Notes: generated by a model not told the origin, from the letters alone. A stretch of DNA of 64,000 nt from Oceanicaulis sp. HLUCCA04 (GCA_001314625.1 LJSH01000003.1:171454-235453), one strand, 5' to 3'. Shown: positions 39,540 to 50,552, counted from the stretch's first letter. Numbers and translations: made by a program.

Positions 39540-39625
39540 AATTCCTGCCTTTACAATAATTCTGCCAAGCTGGTAGCTGCCCCCTCCACCTCTGGTCCGG
39601 GCCCCAATAATTTATCTCCCGCCAG

Positions 39626-39654
39626 CTTGTGTGGTCTCGATGCCACACCTACAT
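39626..39654 (+). promoter_or_regulatory. RpoH (sigma32)-type promoter of clpB
   Basis: CTTG-N18-CCTACAT, matching the alphaproteobacterial RpoH pattern, about 90 nt upstream of clpB. Confidence 0.6.
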
Positions 39655-39746
39655 GCATGTCACCAGGGATGGCGGGCTGTGCCTCGAAGAGGGCAGCATC
39701 CGTCTAACCCCTTGTCTCGCTGCCCTTTTTCAGGAGACCTGAAGGC

Positions 39747-42365
39747 ATGAATTTCGACACCTATACCGACCGTGCGCGGACCGTGATCCAGACCGCACAG
39801 GGCCTCGCCATGAAGGCGAAGAACCAGCAATTCTCCCCCGAACACGTGTTTCGCGCGTTGATGGAGGAAGAGGAGGGGTTGGCCCCAAACCTGATCAACG
39901 CGGCTGGCGGGCGCGCGGACCTCGCCGCCGACTTGGCCAAGCGCGCCGTGGATGCCCTGCCCAAGGTAGAGGGCGGATCGGGCCAGCTCTATCTGGCGCC
40001 CAAGACAGCTGAAATCCTCAGCGCTGCGGAGGAAGCCGCGAAGAAGGCCGGTGACCAGTATGTTACCGCTGAACGCCTGCTGCTGGCCATGGCGATCACG
40101 CCGGGCACCGCGCCTTTCGATATATTGAAGCAGGCGGGCGTGACCCCGCAAACCCTGAACACCGCGATCAATTCGGTCCGTCAGGGCCGCACCGCCGACA
40201 GCGCCTCTGCTGAAGAGAGCTATGAGGCGCTGAAGAAATACGCGCGCGACCTCACCGAAGTGGCCCGCAAGGGCAAGCTTGACCCCGTCATTGGCCGCGA
40301 TGAGGAAATCCGGCGCACGATTCAGGTGCTCTCCCGGCGCACCAAGAATAACCCCGTGCTTATCGGTGAACCCGGCGTCGGCAAGACTGCGATTGCCGAA
40401 GGGCTGGCCCTGCGCATCGTTAATGGCGATGTGCCCGAATCCTTAAAAGACAAGCGCCTGCTGGCGCTGGACATGGGCGCGCTGATCGCGGGCGCCAAGT
40501 ATCGCGGCGAATTCGAGGAGCGCCTGAAAGCGGTCCTGTCCGAAGTCACTGCCGCTGATGGGAAAATCATCCTTTTCATCGACGAGATGCACACGCTTGT
40601 CGGCGCAGGGAAAACCGATGGCGCGATGGATGCGTCCAACCTCTTGAAGCCCGCCCTCGCGCGCGGTGAGCTGCACTGTGTTGGCGCGACAACGCTCGAT
40701 GAATACCGCAAGCATGTGGAGAAGGACGCCGCGCTTGCCCGGCGCTTCCAGAGCGTGTTCGTGGACGAGCCGAGCGTGGAAGACACGATCTCCATCCTGC
40801 GCGGGCTGAAGGAGAAATACGAGGTCCACCACGGTGTGCGCATCGCCGACGGGGCCATCGTCGCCGCCGCGACCCTGTCCAACCGCTATATCACCGACCG
40901 CTTCCTGCCCGACAAGGCCATCGACCTGATGGACGAGGCATCGGCGCGCCTGCGCATGCAGGTGGATTCCAAGCCTGAAGAGCTCGACGAGCTGGACCGG
41001 CGCATCATCCAGCTGAAAATCGAGGGCGAGGCGCTCAAAAAGGAATCCGATGCCGCGTCAAAAGCGCGTCTGGAGACGCTGACCAAAGAGCTCTCCGACC
41101 TTGAACAGCGCTCAGCGGAGATGACCGCTGCCTGGCGCGCGGAAAAGGACAAGCTCGCGTCCTCGACGCACTTGAAAGAACAGCTTGATAGCTTGCGCGC
41201 CGAGCTGGCCAATGCCGAGCGCCGGGGCGATCTGGGCCGTGCTTCGGAAATCAAATATGGCCGCATTCCCGATCTGGAGCGCCAGCTGGCCGAGGCCGAA
41301 AAGGCCGGTGCCAGCGACGGCAAGGGCGCGCTGGTACAGGAAGTGGTTGATGAAGAGCAGATCGCCGGGATTGTCTCGCGCTGGACCGGTGTGCCGGTTG
41401 ACAAGATGCTCGAAGGCGAGCGGGCCAAACTCCTGAAAATGGAAGAGGGCCTCCATGCCCGCGTGGTCGGGCAGGACGAGGCCGTGGCCGCCGTCTCCGA
41501 TGCGGTGCGCCGCGCGCGCGCAGGCCTGAAAGACCCGAACCGTCCCATCGGCTCTTTCCTGTTTCTCGGTCCAACCGGCGTCGGCAAGACCGAGCTGACC
41601 AAAGCCTTGGCGGAATTTCTCTTTGATGATGAAACCGCCATCACCCGCCTCGACATGAGCGAATACATGGAGAAGCACTCGGTTGCGCGCATGATCGGCG
41701 CGCCGCCGGGCTATGTCGGCTATGACGAGGGCGGGGCGCTGACAGAAGCGGTGCGCCGCCGGCCCTATCAGGTCATCCTGTTTGACGAGGTGGAGAAAGC
41801 CCACCCGGACGTGTTCAACGTGCTCCTGCAGGTGCTCGATGATGGCCGGCTGACCGATGGTCAGGGCCGCACGGTGGATTTCCGCAATACGCTCATCATC
41901 ATGACGTCCAATCTGGGCTCGGAATATCTGCTTGCCGGTCCGGTGGAGGCCGCCCGGTCACAGGTGATGGACGCGGTGCGTGCGAACTTCCGCCCCGAGT
42001 TCATCAACCGGATTGACGAGACCATCCTCTTCCAGCGCCTCGAGCCGCAGCATATGGGCGCGATTGTGGAGATCCAGCTGCGCCGCCTTGAAGCCCTGCT
42101 GAAAGACCGGCGCATGACGGTATCGCTGGATGATGCAGCCAGAAGCTGGCTCGCCGAGAAGGGCTATGATGCCGCCTATGGCGCGCGCCCCTTAAAGCGC
42201 GTGATCCAGAAGGAGCTGCAGGATCCGCTGGCCCGCTTGATCCTTGAGGGCGCGATCAATGATGGTGACACGGTACAGGTCTCTGCCGAGGCCGGAGCGC
42301 TCAAGATCAATGGCCGCGCGGTCGGGCGCTCTGCGCTGCCACTGGCTGAAGCGGTCATCCAGTAG
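39747..42365 (+). CDS. clpB: ATP-dependent disaggregase ClpB
   Basis: Two AAA+ domains (GEPGVGKT; GPTGVGKT), coiled-coil M domain ([18 protein letters not shown]), GARPLKR. Confidence 0.98.
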   Translation: MNFDTYTDRARTVIQTAQGLAMKAKNQQFSPEHVFRALMEEEEGLAPNLINAAGGRADLAADLAKRAVDALPKVEGGSGQLYLAPKTAEILSAAEEAAKKAGDQYVTAERLLLAMAITPGTAPFDILKQAGVTPQTLNTAINSVRQGRTADSASAEESYEALKKYARDLTEVARKGKLDPVIGRDEEIRRTIQVLSRRTKNNPVLIGEPGVGKTAIAEGLALRIVNGDVPESLKDKRLLALDMGALIAGAKYRGEFEERLKAVLSEVTAADGKIILFIDEMHTLVGAGKTDGAMDASNLLKPALARGELHCVGATTLDEYRKHVEKDAALARRFQSVFVDEPSVEDTISILRGLKEKYEVHHGVRIADGAIVAAATLSNRYITDRFLPDKAIDLMDEASARLRMQVDSKPEELDELDRRIIQLKIEGEALKKESDAASKARLETLTKELSDLEQRSAEMTAAWRAEKDKLASSTHLKEQLDSLRAELANAERRGDLGRASEIKYGRIPDLERQLAEAEKAGASDGKGALVQEVVDEEQIAGIVSRWTGVPVDKMLEGERAKLLKMEEGLHARVVGQDEAVAAVSDAVRRARAGLKDPNRPIGSFLFLGPTGVGKTELTKALAEFLFDDETAITRLDMSEYMEKHSVARMIGAPPGYVGYDEGGALTEAVRRRPYQVILFDEVEKAHPDVFNVLLQVLDDGRLTDGQGRTVDFRNTLIIMTSNLGSEYLLAGPVEAARSQVMDAVRANFRPEFINRIDETILFQRLEPQHMGAIVEIQLRRLEALLKDRRMTVSLDDAARSWLAEKGYDAAYGARPLKRVIQKELQDPLARLILEGAINDGDTVQVSAEAGALKINGRAVGRSALPLAEAVIQ

Positions 42366-42371
42366 GGCAGA

Positions 42372-42857
42372 TCAGGGCCGTCCCGGCTGCACGCTGATCG
42401 TCCCGTCGCTTTCCAGGATGAGGGTTTGGACATCGGCCACATCGCGCCCGCCGGACGCGCGGATGGCGCTGACGGCTTCGTCGCGCGTCAGGCGGGCTTT
42501 GCGCAGTGCCGCATCACAGAACTCACCGTTCCGGGCCAGCAGGGCCGGTTCTGACCGGATCAGCCCTGCAAACCCGCGCGAGCGCACTGACAGGAAGGTC
42601 ACGCAGTATTGCAGGAAGATGAGCAGGCCCAGCGCCACCGCGCCTTCGGCCAGCGCAATAGATTCCTGTAGCAATATGGCCGACAGCGTGGACCCCAGCG
42701 CAACGGTCACCACCAGATCGAACGCGTTGAGCTTGGCCAGCGAGCGCTTGCCCGAAATGCGCAGGAAAACAACGAGCGTCACATAGGCGAGCGCGCCCAC
42801 AACCAGCGTGCGCACAATGCCTTCCCAGCCCTGAAAGAACATCTCTTCCCAATTCAT
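42372..42857 (-). CDS. DUF421 (YetF-like) membrane protein
   Basis: LRISGKRSLAKLNAFDLVVTVALGS, LESDGTIS; start 42857 or 42842. Confidence 0.9.
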   Translation of the reverse strand: MNWEEMFFQGWEGIVRTLVVGALAYVTLVVFLRISGKRSLAKLNAFDLVVTVALGSTLSAILLQESIALAEGAVALGLLIFLQYCVTFLSVRSRGFAGLIRSEPALLARNGEFCDAALRKARLTRDEAVSAIRASGGRDVADVQTLILESDGTISVQPGRP

Positions 42858-42915
42858 GGGTCTTTGCCCTGGTCTGCAAAGGGGAAGCGTACCCTTCCCG
42901 GCCAATAGCGGTAGA

Positions 42916-42990
42916 AACCCCTGCGCGTCGTCACTGGTTCCAACAAAGCGCCAACGCACCCGGATGGAACCGACCGCCCTGGCATTGGTT
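42916..42990. promoter_or_regulatory. Back-to-back EcfG/sigmaT-type promoters
   Basis: Minus strand GGAAC-N17-GGTT (42941-42916); plus strand GGAAC-N16-GGTT (42966-42990). Confidence 0.55.
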
Positions 42991-43050
42991 ATCACCCGGT
43001 AACGCCGCACGCCGGCCGCCCTTCGCAGATACGGTCCAAACGGAGATATC

Positions 43051-44103
43051 TTGTCCGACACACCCGGCAGCGCCGAACGTCCCGCATTCCCGCCCGGCTG
43101 GCACCTGACCCTGATCATTGGCGCCTTCATCGTGCTGGGCCTGCTGGTCTGGCAGCTCAGCCACGTCCTGCTTCTGGTCTTTGCCGCCGTGCTGGTCGCC
43201 GTGCTGCTGCGCGCCTTGGCGGAGCTGTTCGAGCGCGTCGGCTGGATCCGCCCGCCCTGGTCAATCCTGCTATCTGCGCTGGTTATCGTTCTCGCCTTGG
43301 GGGCCCTGACCGCGCTTCTGGGCGCTCAGGTCTACGGCGAGGTCACCACTCTGGCCGACGAGCTGCCAGAGCGCATCGACTCTGTGGGCGATCGGTTTGG
43401 CATCGACGATCTTCGCGGGCAGCTCATGTCCCATCTGCAGGAAATGGGCAGTTCCGGCGGTCTGTTGGGGCAGACCGCCAGCTATACCCTTGCTGTCCTC
43501 GACGCAGCCACCACGCTGCTGGTGGTGATCGTGGCGGGAATCTTCATCGCGACGAGTCCGGGCAAGCATCGTGATGGCGCGCTGGCCCTGATCCCGGACG
43601 GGCCTCGCAAGCGTGCCCGCATCGCGTTCAACAAAGGCGGGCGGGCTTTGCGGCAATGGCTGCTCGGCCAGCTCGCCTCCATGGTACTGGTCGGCCTGCT
43701 TACCGGCATCGGCCTCGCCGTTATTGGTGTCCCCTCGGCTATCGGTCTGGGCTTTGTTGCCGGCCTGTTTGAGTTCGTGCCGGTATTCGGCCCTATCCTC
43801 GCCGCTGTGCCGGCCCTGCTGATGGCGCTTTCTGAAGGCGGCACCACGGCGTTGTGGACCGTGCTGCTTTTCATTGTCATCCAGCAGCTGGAAGGCAATG
43901 TCATTCAGCCGCTCATCCAGCGCCGCGCCGTGGACCTGCCCCCTGTGCTGCTCCTGTTCTCCATCCTCGCGTTCGGCATATTGTTTGGCACGCTCGGCGT
44001 AATCCTTGCCGCGCCGCTGGCCGTATTCGCTTATGTGCTGGTCAAGGAGCTTTATCTGCGCGGCGTGCTGGGCGAGCAGAGTGACGTGCCGGGCGGGGAT
44101 TAG
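43051..44103 (+). CDS. AI-2E family transporter
   Basis: Multi-TM; RQWLLGQL, FVPVFGP, IQQLEGNVIQPLIQ, GVILAAPL; TTG start. Confidence 0.92.
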   Translation: MSDTPGSAERPAFPPGWHLTLIIGAFIVLGLLVWQLSHVLLLVFAAVLVAVLLRALAELFERVGWIRPPWSILLSALVIVLALGALTALLGAQVYGEVTTLADELPERIDSVGDRFGIDDLRGQLMSHLQEMGSSGGLLGQTASYTLAVLDAATTLLVVIVAGIFIATSPGKHRDGALALIPDGPRKRARIAFNKGGRALRQWLLGQLASMVLVGLLTGIGLAVIGVPSAIGLGFVAGLFEFVPVFGPILAAVPALLMALSEGGTTALWTVLLFIVIQQLEGNVIQPLIQRRAVDLPPVLLLFSILAFGILFGTLGVILAAPLAVFAYVLVKELYLRGVLGEQSDVPGGD

Positions 44104-44190
44104 GCCGCCTTCGCATTCGTCACGCTCTGGCCGCCTTGGCGTGCCGGGACGCATCAAGGCAACCCATCCGCGCTGCGGCGCCTGAAAAGA

Positions 44191-45666
44191 TCACGGACGG
44201 CCGCTGGCCCCAGACCCGGCGCTGGTGCGCCGCTCGGCCCGTTCGGCGACCAGTGTCTCGCGGGCCTCTTCCTGTGCGGCCGGCAGGGCCTGATCGCGCA
44301 GGGCGATGATGCGGTCACGCTCGGTGTTGAAAATGCCCAGCTCGTCAGCCTCCAGACGGCGTCCGGTCGGCAGTTCAAGGCTCATCGGGTTCATCGGGCG
44401 GCCATTGAGATGCACTTCATAGTGCAGGTGCGGACCCGTCGACGCGCCGGTGGTGCCGACATAGCCAATGGTCTGGCCTTGCGTCACGCGTGTCCCGGCG
44501 CGCACGCCGCGGGCGATGGAATTCAGGTGCGCGTATGCGGTCTGATAGCCGTTGGAGTGACGCACACGGATATAATTGCCGAATGTGCCGAACCAGTCCG
44601 CGCGCTCCACCGTGCCATTCCCCGCCGCGTAGATGGGGGTGCCGGTCGGGGCCGCGAAATCTGTGCCGTTATGGGGCCGGTTGGTGCGGCGGATCGGGTG
44701 AAAGCGCATGCCGAACTGGCTGGAGATACGCGCGCCATTGATCGGCATTTTCATCAGCAGGCGCGCCGCGCTCTCGCCGTCGGTGGTATAGTAGCCGATA
44801 TCGCCATTGGGCGCTTCAAAGCGGAAATATTCCAGCGGATTACCCCGGCCTTCGAAGGTCATGTAGAGGATGTTCCCGGTCCGGATCAGCTCGCCAGCGC
44901 GGTTGGTGTAGCGCTCGAAAACGATGTCGAACGTGTCGCCATAGCGGATGGTGCGAAAATCGACCGCGTGGCCAAGCACCAGCGCCAGATCGGTAACAAT
45001 ACGGTCTGTCGCGCCGGCATTCAGGGCGGCGGCGTACAGGCTGGAGGAGATCTCGCCGCGTGCGCGCACGATCTCGCGTTCCACCGTCATGACCGCTTCG
45101 CGTGTGCGGTATTGGCCATCGGCAGTGCGGGCGACCGTCAGGGTGCGTTCGGAATCGGGACGGAATGACAGGCCGGTCAGCGTGATGCCGCTATCGTCAT
45201 CTGATGAGATTTGCTGCAGCGGATTACGTTCGAAAAACAGGTTCAGCGACTGGCCGGCGCGCAGCGAACGGGCGGAAAACACCGGATCAAGCGCAGCAAT
45301 CGCGCGCGCCGCATCAATCGTGCTGGCCCCGGCATCGGACAGGACGCTGGCAAAGGTCTGGCCGGAGCGGACGGTCACTTCGGTGGCCATCAGGACCGGA
45401 CAGTCAATGCAGTTGGCGAACACAGCGTGTTCAGCCATCACCATATCGTCCAGCGAAGGAGCGGCTTCGGCGGCCTCGGCCATCAGTGCAGTGCCGGCGG
45501 GGTGGATCTCGTCCATCTCCGGCGCGGCGGCAGAGGCCGACGTGCCTGACATTGTGCGGCTGACCAGTATGGCTGCTACCAGAAGCAGTGCCATGGTCAG
45601 CGTGGCGAAGAAAACCAGCGCACGAGAGCGGTGGGCGTCAGCGAGGCGGACGTCAAAACCGGACAT
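44191..45666 (-). CDS. M23 (LytM) endopeptidase, membrane-anchored
   Basis: TM anchor; HNGTDFAAPTGTPI (HxxxD) and TGPHLHYEV (HxH) intact Zn ligands. Confidence 0.92.
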   Translation of the reverse strand: MSGFDVRLADAHRSRALVFFATLTMALLLVAAILVSRTMSGTSASAAAPEMDEIHPAGTALMAEAAEAAPSLDDMVMAEHAVFANCIDCPVLMATEVTVRSGQTFASVLSDAGASTIDAARAIAALDPVFSARSLRAGQSLNLFFERNPLQQISSDDDSGITLTGLSFRPDSERTLTVARTADGQYRTREAVMTVEREIVRARGEISSSLYAAALNAGATDRIVTDLALVLGHAVDFRTIRYGDTFDIVFERYTNRAGELIRTGNILYMTFEGRGNPLEYFRFEAPNGDIGYYTTDGESAARLLMKMPINGARISSQFGMRFHPIRRTNRPHNGTDFAAPTGTPIYAAGNGTVERADWFGTFGNYIRVRHSNGYQTAYAHLNSIARGVRAGTRVTQGQTIGYVGTTGASTGPHLHYEVHLNGRPMNPMSLELPTGRRLEADELGIFNTERDRIIALRDQALPAAQEEARETLVAERAERRTSAGSGASGRP

Positions 45667-45913
45667 GCGTACTATTTCCCTCTTCCCGCGCGGGTCTTTT
45701 TCGATCACCGCAGGTCCGCAGAGGCAAGATGCAGGCCAGTATCACCCCCCGTGACACGCTGTCATCTTCCCCGGACCGTTCCGGCACGGCACACACAGTG
45801 ACAAGGACGAATCATCTTGCCAAGGGGTGATGTGTGACTCAGACAGGGTTAATGTCTCCCTTAAGCATAACCCTGATTATCCCGCGTGCCGGGATGGCGC
45901 GGAAAGGACGATC

Positions 45914-46135
45914 ATGAAGACGTGGCTTCTCATCGGTGTTCTGGGCGCCATGCTGATCGCGGCGATAGCGCTGTCCGCGCGGCTGTGGATGAGCATGGAC
46001 AACGCGGTGGGCGGCCATGGCTGGGCCGCGCTGATCATCGGCGCGGTGCTGACTTTCGTTGTCGGCGCGGGCCTGATGGCGCTGGTCTTCTTCTCTTCCC
46101 GGCGCGGCTATGACGAGGATGACCGCGAGCCGTAG
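45914..46135 (+). CDS. Small 2-TM hypothetical protein
   Basis: MKTWLLIG...GHGWAALIIG...FFSSRRGYDE; AAGGA RBS. Confidence 0.8.
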   Translation: MKTWLLIGVLGAMLIAAIALSARLWMSMDNAVGGHGWAALIIGAVLTFVVGAGLMALVFFSSRRGYDEDDREP

Positions 46136-46201
46136 GGGCGGTGAATATCGGCTACACGCGTTAACCCTTTCGCGATCAAGAATCGGCTAATGCTTGTCGC
46201 C

Positions 46202-46873
46202 ATGAGCACGCAACACACCCCCTCCGCCAGTGAGCTTGCCGCGCTTTTGTGCGCCCGGCTTTGCCATGATCTTGTCAGCCCGGTATCCGCGCTCGGCGCG
46301 GCGCTGTCGGTGCTTGATGACGAAAACGCCGCTGACATGCGCGATGACGCCATTGCGCTGATCCGCACCGGCGCCAATCAGGCCCATGCCAAGCTGGAAT
46401 ATGTGCGCCTGGCCTTCGGGGCAGGCGGATCGCGTCCCGGCACTGTGGATTCCAGCGAGCTGAAACGCCTCGCTGAAGCCATGTTCGCCAGTTCCAAGCC
46501 GGAGCTTGTCTGGAAAGTGCAGGCCACGGGGCTCGACAAGCCGGCTGCACGCGTGCTGCTCAATCTGATCTGGCTGGCGGTGGACAATGTGCCCCGGGGT
46601 GGCTCTGTCACGGTGGAAGCCAGCGCCAACGAAGCAGGTGATAGCCGCCTGCGCATCGTCGCAGCGGGTCCGCGTGCGCGCATTGATCCGGGATATATCG
46701 AGGCGCTGGCCGGGCGTGCCGGCGAGGACGGTTATGATGGCCGCTCCATCCAGCCTTATTACGCCGGGCTGATCGCGCGCGAGCATGGCGGGCGCGTGGA
46801 AGCGCGCGCCGAGGAAGAGCGGATCGAATATGTCGCTCTGCTCGAACCCCAGGCCAAGGCACACGCGGCCTGA
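46202..46873 (+). CDS. chpT: Histidine phosphotransferase ChpT
   Basis: LAALLCARLCHDLVSPV phospho-His motif, RLAFGAGG, IQPYYAGLIAR. Confidence 0.93.
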   Translation: MSTQHTPSASELAALLCARLCHDLVSPVSALGAALSVLDDENAADMRDDAIALIRTGANQAHAKLEYVRLAFGAGGSRPGTVDSSELKRLAEAMFASSKPELVWKVQATGLDKPAARVLLNLIWLAVDNVPRGGSVTVEASANEAGDSRLRIVAAGPRARIDPGYIEALAGRAGEDGYDGRSIQPYYAGLIAREHGGRVEARAEEERIEYVALLEPQAKAHAA

Positions 46874-47001
46874 CACGGTCTGGCTGCGCCATCCGCCAAA
46901 CGATGCGTTAACCCTGTACGTGTGATTTTCACACCTGATCAGAAGTGCGCGCCATTCGCGCACGCCTGCGTTGTGTCAGGCAATCAGGAGACGGGTTCAC
47001 C

Positions 47002-49698
47002 ATGGATGAGCTGATTGGCGAGTTTCTGGCCGAAACGGCAGAAAGCCTCGATACGATTGATGTCGAGCTGGTGAAGTTCGAATCCGACCCCACTGACCGG
47101 GCGACGCTCGACAATATTTTCCGGCTTCTTCACACCATCAAGGGCACGTGCGGATTTCTGGGCCTGTCGCGGCTCGAAGCGGTGGCCCATGCGGGCGAAA
47201 CCCTGCTGGGCAAGTTCCGCGACGGCACGCTGGTCGCCGATACCGAAGCGGTGACACTGGTCCTGCAATCGCTGGACCGCATCAAGCTGATCCTGACCGG
47301 TCTTGAAGAAACCGGCAGCGAGCCTGCAGGCGACGATTCTGCCCTGATTGCCGATCTTGAAGAGCTGGCCACGCGCGAGGCTTCAGCGCCGGCCCCGCAG
47401 CCCGCGCCTGCACCCCAGCCCGCGCCCGCACCCGAACCCGTGGCTGAAGCGCTGGCCGATGGCGACGAACCGTTTGACGCCGACCTTGGCAGGCCCTTGC
47501 GTCCAGGCGAGGTCTCTCTGGCCGAGCTGGAAGCGGCGTTCATGTCGACCGAAGGGCCGGAACTGGCGATTGCCGCCCAGGACGATGAAGACGCCGATAT
47601 AGAAGATGAGCCCGAACCGGCCATTGTCGCCGCAGCGTCTCAAGCCGTCACCAGTGCAGGCAAGGCACCGGCCAGTGCGGCGGCGGATGCCCCAAGGTCC
47701 GAAGCGGTGCGCGCGCAATCGACGATCCGCGTGAATGTGGACGTGCTCGAAACCCTGATGACCACGGTGTCCGAGCTCGTGCTGGCGCGAAACCAGCTGC
47801 ACCAGATTGTCCGTGAGAGCGAGGATTCGGCGCTCAAGGCTCCGCTGCAACGCCTGTCATCGGTGACCGCCGAGTTGCAGGACGGGGTGATGAAGACGCG
47901 CATGCAGCCGGTGGGCGATGCGTGGCGCAAGCTGCCGCGCATTGTGCGCGACTCCCAGCAGGATCTCGGCAAGAAAATCCGCCTCATCATGGAAGGCGAG
48001 GAGACCGAGCTTGACCGGCAGGTGCTTGAGCTGATCAAGGATCCGCTCACCCACATGGTGCGCAATTCTGCCGATCATGGCATCGAGATGCCCGATGTGC
48101 GCGCTGCCAGAGGCAAGGCGGAAATGGGCACGATCCGCCTGTCGGCCTATCACGAGGGCGGCGCGATCATCATCAAGATTACCGATGATGGCGCCGGGCT
48201 GGACCCGGAGAAAATCCGCGCCAAGGCGCTGGAAAAAGGGCTGGCGACGGCCGACGAGCTGGCCAGCATGGGCGAGCAGCAGATCCAGCGCTTTATCTTC
48301 GCCGCCGGGTTTTCGACTGCCGCCAAGGTGACCAATCTGTCCGGCCGCGGTGTCGGCATGGACGTGGTGCGCACCAATATCGAACAGATTGGCGGCTCCA
48401 TCGATCTGACATCGGAAGTGGGCAAGGGCACCAGCTTTGCCATCAAGATTCCACTCACCCTGGCGATCGTGTCGGCGCTCATCGTCAAGGCTGGCGGCGC
48501 CCGCTTTGCCTTGCCGCAGCTGGCAGTGCGCGAGCTGGTGCGCGCTGGCGAAGGCTCCGCGCATTTGATCGAATCGCTCAATGGCGCGCGGATGATACGG
48601 CTTCGAAACCGGCTCCTGCCCGTTATCAGCCTCAATGCGGTGCTCGGCGCGCCGGAAACGCACAGCGATGCCAGCCATGGCTATGTGGTTGTCATCGAGG
48701 CAGCGGGGCGCAAGCTGGGCATCGTGGTCGATGACGTGCTCGACACCGAGGAGATCGTCGTCAAGCCGCTCTCGGCACAGCTTCGCGCCATTCCGGTCTA
48801 TTCCGGGGCCACGCTTCTGGGCGATGGCTCGGTCATTATCATTCTCGATCCCAACGGCCTGTCCCAGCAGCTCGCCCACTCCACCGAGGAAACGCAAGCT
48901 GCCGAGGAAGCCGCCGCCAGCACGGTGGATCCTTCCCGCCAGCGCCTGCTTCTGGTGCGTGCCGGCGAGGACGATGTCAAAGCCGTGCCGGTCAGTCTGA
49001 TTACGCGGCTGGAGGAATTTGACGCGTCGACCATCGAGGTCGTCGATGCGCGCCATGTTGTGCAGTATCGTGGACGCCTGCTGCCGCTTGCCCATGCCTC
49101 CGGCGTGGACGAGTTTCGGCGCGAGGGGCGTCAGGCCGTCCTGGTGTTCTCCGAGGAGGACCGTTCGGCGGGGGTCGCGGTCGATGCCATTCTCGACGTG
49201 GTCGAGGAAACGCTCGACCTGCAAATGGGCTCTGAACGTCCGGGCGTTATCGGTTCTGCGATCATCAAGGGCCGCGCCACTGAAGTCCTCGACATTGCCT
49301 GGCACATGGAGCAGGCCTGGTCGGGTTCTCCCCAGCGCCCGGCGCGGGCCGGACGCCATCCGATCCTGCTGGTCGAACCGGACGCCTTTGCCCGGCGCAT
49401 GATGGCGCCTTTGCTGGCGGCTGCCGGGTATGACGTGACCGTGGTCAGCGGTCTTCGCGAAGCACGCGATGCGGCCCAGATGGGCGCGCAATATGCCGCT
49501 CTGGTCGGCGATCCGGCTGCGCTGGACGCGCTGGCGGGTGAAGGCCACTGGGCCGATGTGCCCCGGCTGGGCGTCAGCGACAATCCCCGCGGTGGTCATG
49601 GTGACGCCATGGTGGCCGTGATGCGCCCGGCAGACCGGGGCGGACTTATCGCCGCGCTGGACCGGGCCGCGCGCACCGGCGAAACGCGCGCAGCATAG
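47002..49698 (+). CDS. cheA: Hybrid CheA (Hpt-dimer-HATPase-2xCheW-receiver-like)
   Basis: LLHTIKGTCG, HMVRNSADHGIE, SGRGVGMDVV, two CheW domains, C-terminal degenerate REC; AGGAG RBS. Confidence 0.95.
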   Translation: MDELIGEFLAETAESLDTIDVELVKFESDPTDRATLDNIFRLLHTIKGTCGFLGLSRLEAVAHAGETLLGKFRDGTLVADTEAVTLVLQSLDRIKLILTGLEETGSEPAGDDSALIADLEELATREASAPAPQPAPAPQPAPAPEPVAEALADGDEPFDADLGRPLRPGEVSLAELEAAFMSTEGPELAIAAQDDEDADIEDEPEPAIVAAASQAVTSAGKAPASAAADAPRSEAVRAQSTIRVNVDVLETLMTTVSELVLARNQLHQIVRESEDSALKAPLQRLSSVTAELQDGVMKTRMQPVGDAWRKLPRIVRDSQQDLGKKIRLIMEGEETELDRQVLELIKDPLTHMVRNSADHGIEMPDVRAARGKAEMGTIRLSAYHEGGAIIIKITDDGAGLDPEKIRAKALEKGLATADELASMGEQQIQRFIFAAGFSTAAKVTNLSGRGVGMDVVRTNIEQIGGSIDLTSEVGKGTSFAIKIPLTLAIVSALIVKAGGARFALPQLAVRELVRAGEGSAHLIESLNGARMIRLRNRLLPVISLNAVLGAPETHSDASHGYVVVIEAAGRKLGIVVDDVLDTEEIVVKPLSAQLRAIPVYSGATLLGDGSVIIILDPNGLSQQLAHSTEETQAAEEAAASTVDPSRQRLLLVRAGEDDVKAVPVSLITRLEEFDASTIEVVDARHVVQYRGRLLPLAHASGVDEFRREGRQAVLVFSEEDRSAGVAVDAILDVVEETLDLQMGSERPGVIGSAIIKGRATEVLDIAWHMEQAWSGSPQRPARAGRHPILLVEPDAFARRMMAPLLAAAGYDVTVVSGLREARDAAQMGAQYAALVGDPAALDALAGEGHWADVPRLGVSDNPRGGHGDAMVAVMRPADRGGLIAALDRAARTGETRAA

Positions 49699-49710
49699 AG
49701 GAAGGCGATT

Positions 49711-50166
49711 ATGGCACTCGATTATCAGACCAGCCGCGAGTTCGTGACCGTGCGTATCGCCGGCCAGCTATGCGGCGCGCCCGTCAGCGAGATCCGCGAA
49801 GTCTTCGCACCGCAATCGATCACGCCGGTGCCGCTGGCCCGGCCCGAGATTGCCGGCCTGCTCAATCTGCGCGGCCGGATTGTCACGGTCATTGATGCGC
49901 GTATGCGTCTCGGCCTGCCTGCGCGCGAGGCCGATGCGCCATGCATGTCGCTGGGGCTGGAGCGCGGCGCGGAACTTTTCGGCGTGCTGGTGGACGAGGT
50001 CGGCGAAGTCTTACGGCTGGGCCAGGATACGTTCGAGCCGGTGCCCGCGCATCTGGACGCGCGCTGGCGCAGTCTTTTGTCCGGCGTTCACCGTCTGGAA
50101 ACCGAATTGCTGGCGATACTGGATATGGACAGGCTGATCACTGCCGACATGGCAATGGTGGCCTGA
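49711..50166 (+). CDS. cheW: Chemotaxis coupling protein
   Basis: TPVPLARPEIAGLLNLRGRIVTVID, GVLVDEVGEV. Confidence 0.95.
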   Translation: MALDYQTSREFVTVRIAGQLCGAPVSEIREVFAPQSITPVPLARPEIAGLLNLRGRIVTVIDARMRLGLPAREADAPCMSLGLERGAELFGVLVDEVGEVLRLGQDTFEPVPAHLDARWRSLLSGVHRLETELLAILDMDRLITADMAMVA

Positions 50167-50186
50167 CATCGAAAAGGGCGAGGGCG

Positions 50187-50552
50187 ATGAAAACCTGTCT
50201 GGTGGTCGATGATAGCCGGGTGATCCGAAAGGTGGCCCGCAAGATAGTCGAAGACCTCGGTTTTTCCTGCGAGGAAGCCCAGGACGGGAAAGTTGCGCTC
50301 GACCAGTGCCGCAAGGCGATGCCCGACGCGATCCTTCTGGACTGGAACATGCCGGTGATGAACGGGATCGATTTTCTCGTCACCTTGCGCTCCGAACAGA
50401 ATGGCAAGCGCCCGGTCGTGGTGTTCTGCACAACCGAAAACGATATGGGCCACATTACCCAGGCCCTCCGGGCAGGCGCAGACGAATACGTCATGAAGCC
50501 GTTTGACGGCGATATTATCGGCTCCAAATTCGCCGAAGCCGGGCTGATGTGA
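50187..50552 (+). CDS. cheY: CheY-like response regulator
   Basis: LVVDDS, LLDWNMP, EYVMKPF. Confidence 0.95.
   Translation: MKTCLVVDDSRVIRKVARKIVEDLGFSCEEAQDGKVALDQCRKAMPDAILLDWNMPVMNGIDFLVTLRSEQNGKRPVVVFCTTENDMGHITQALRAGADEYVMKPFDGDIIGSKFAEAGLM

Noticed and set aside
47386-47440. PAPQPAPAPQPAPAPE repeat in CheA
   Set aside because: Ordinary Pro/Ala linker after the Hpt domain
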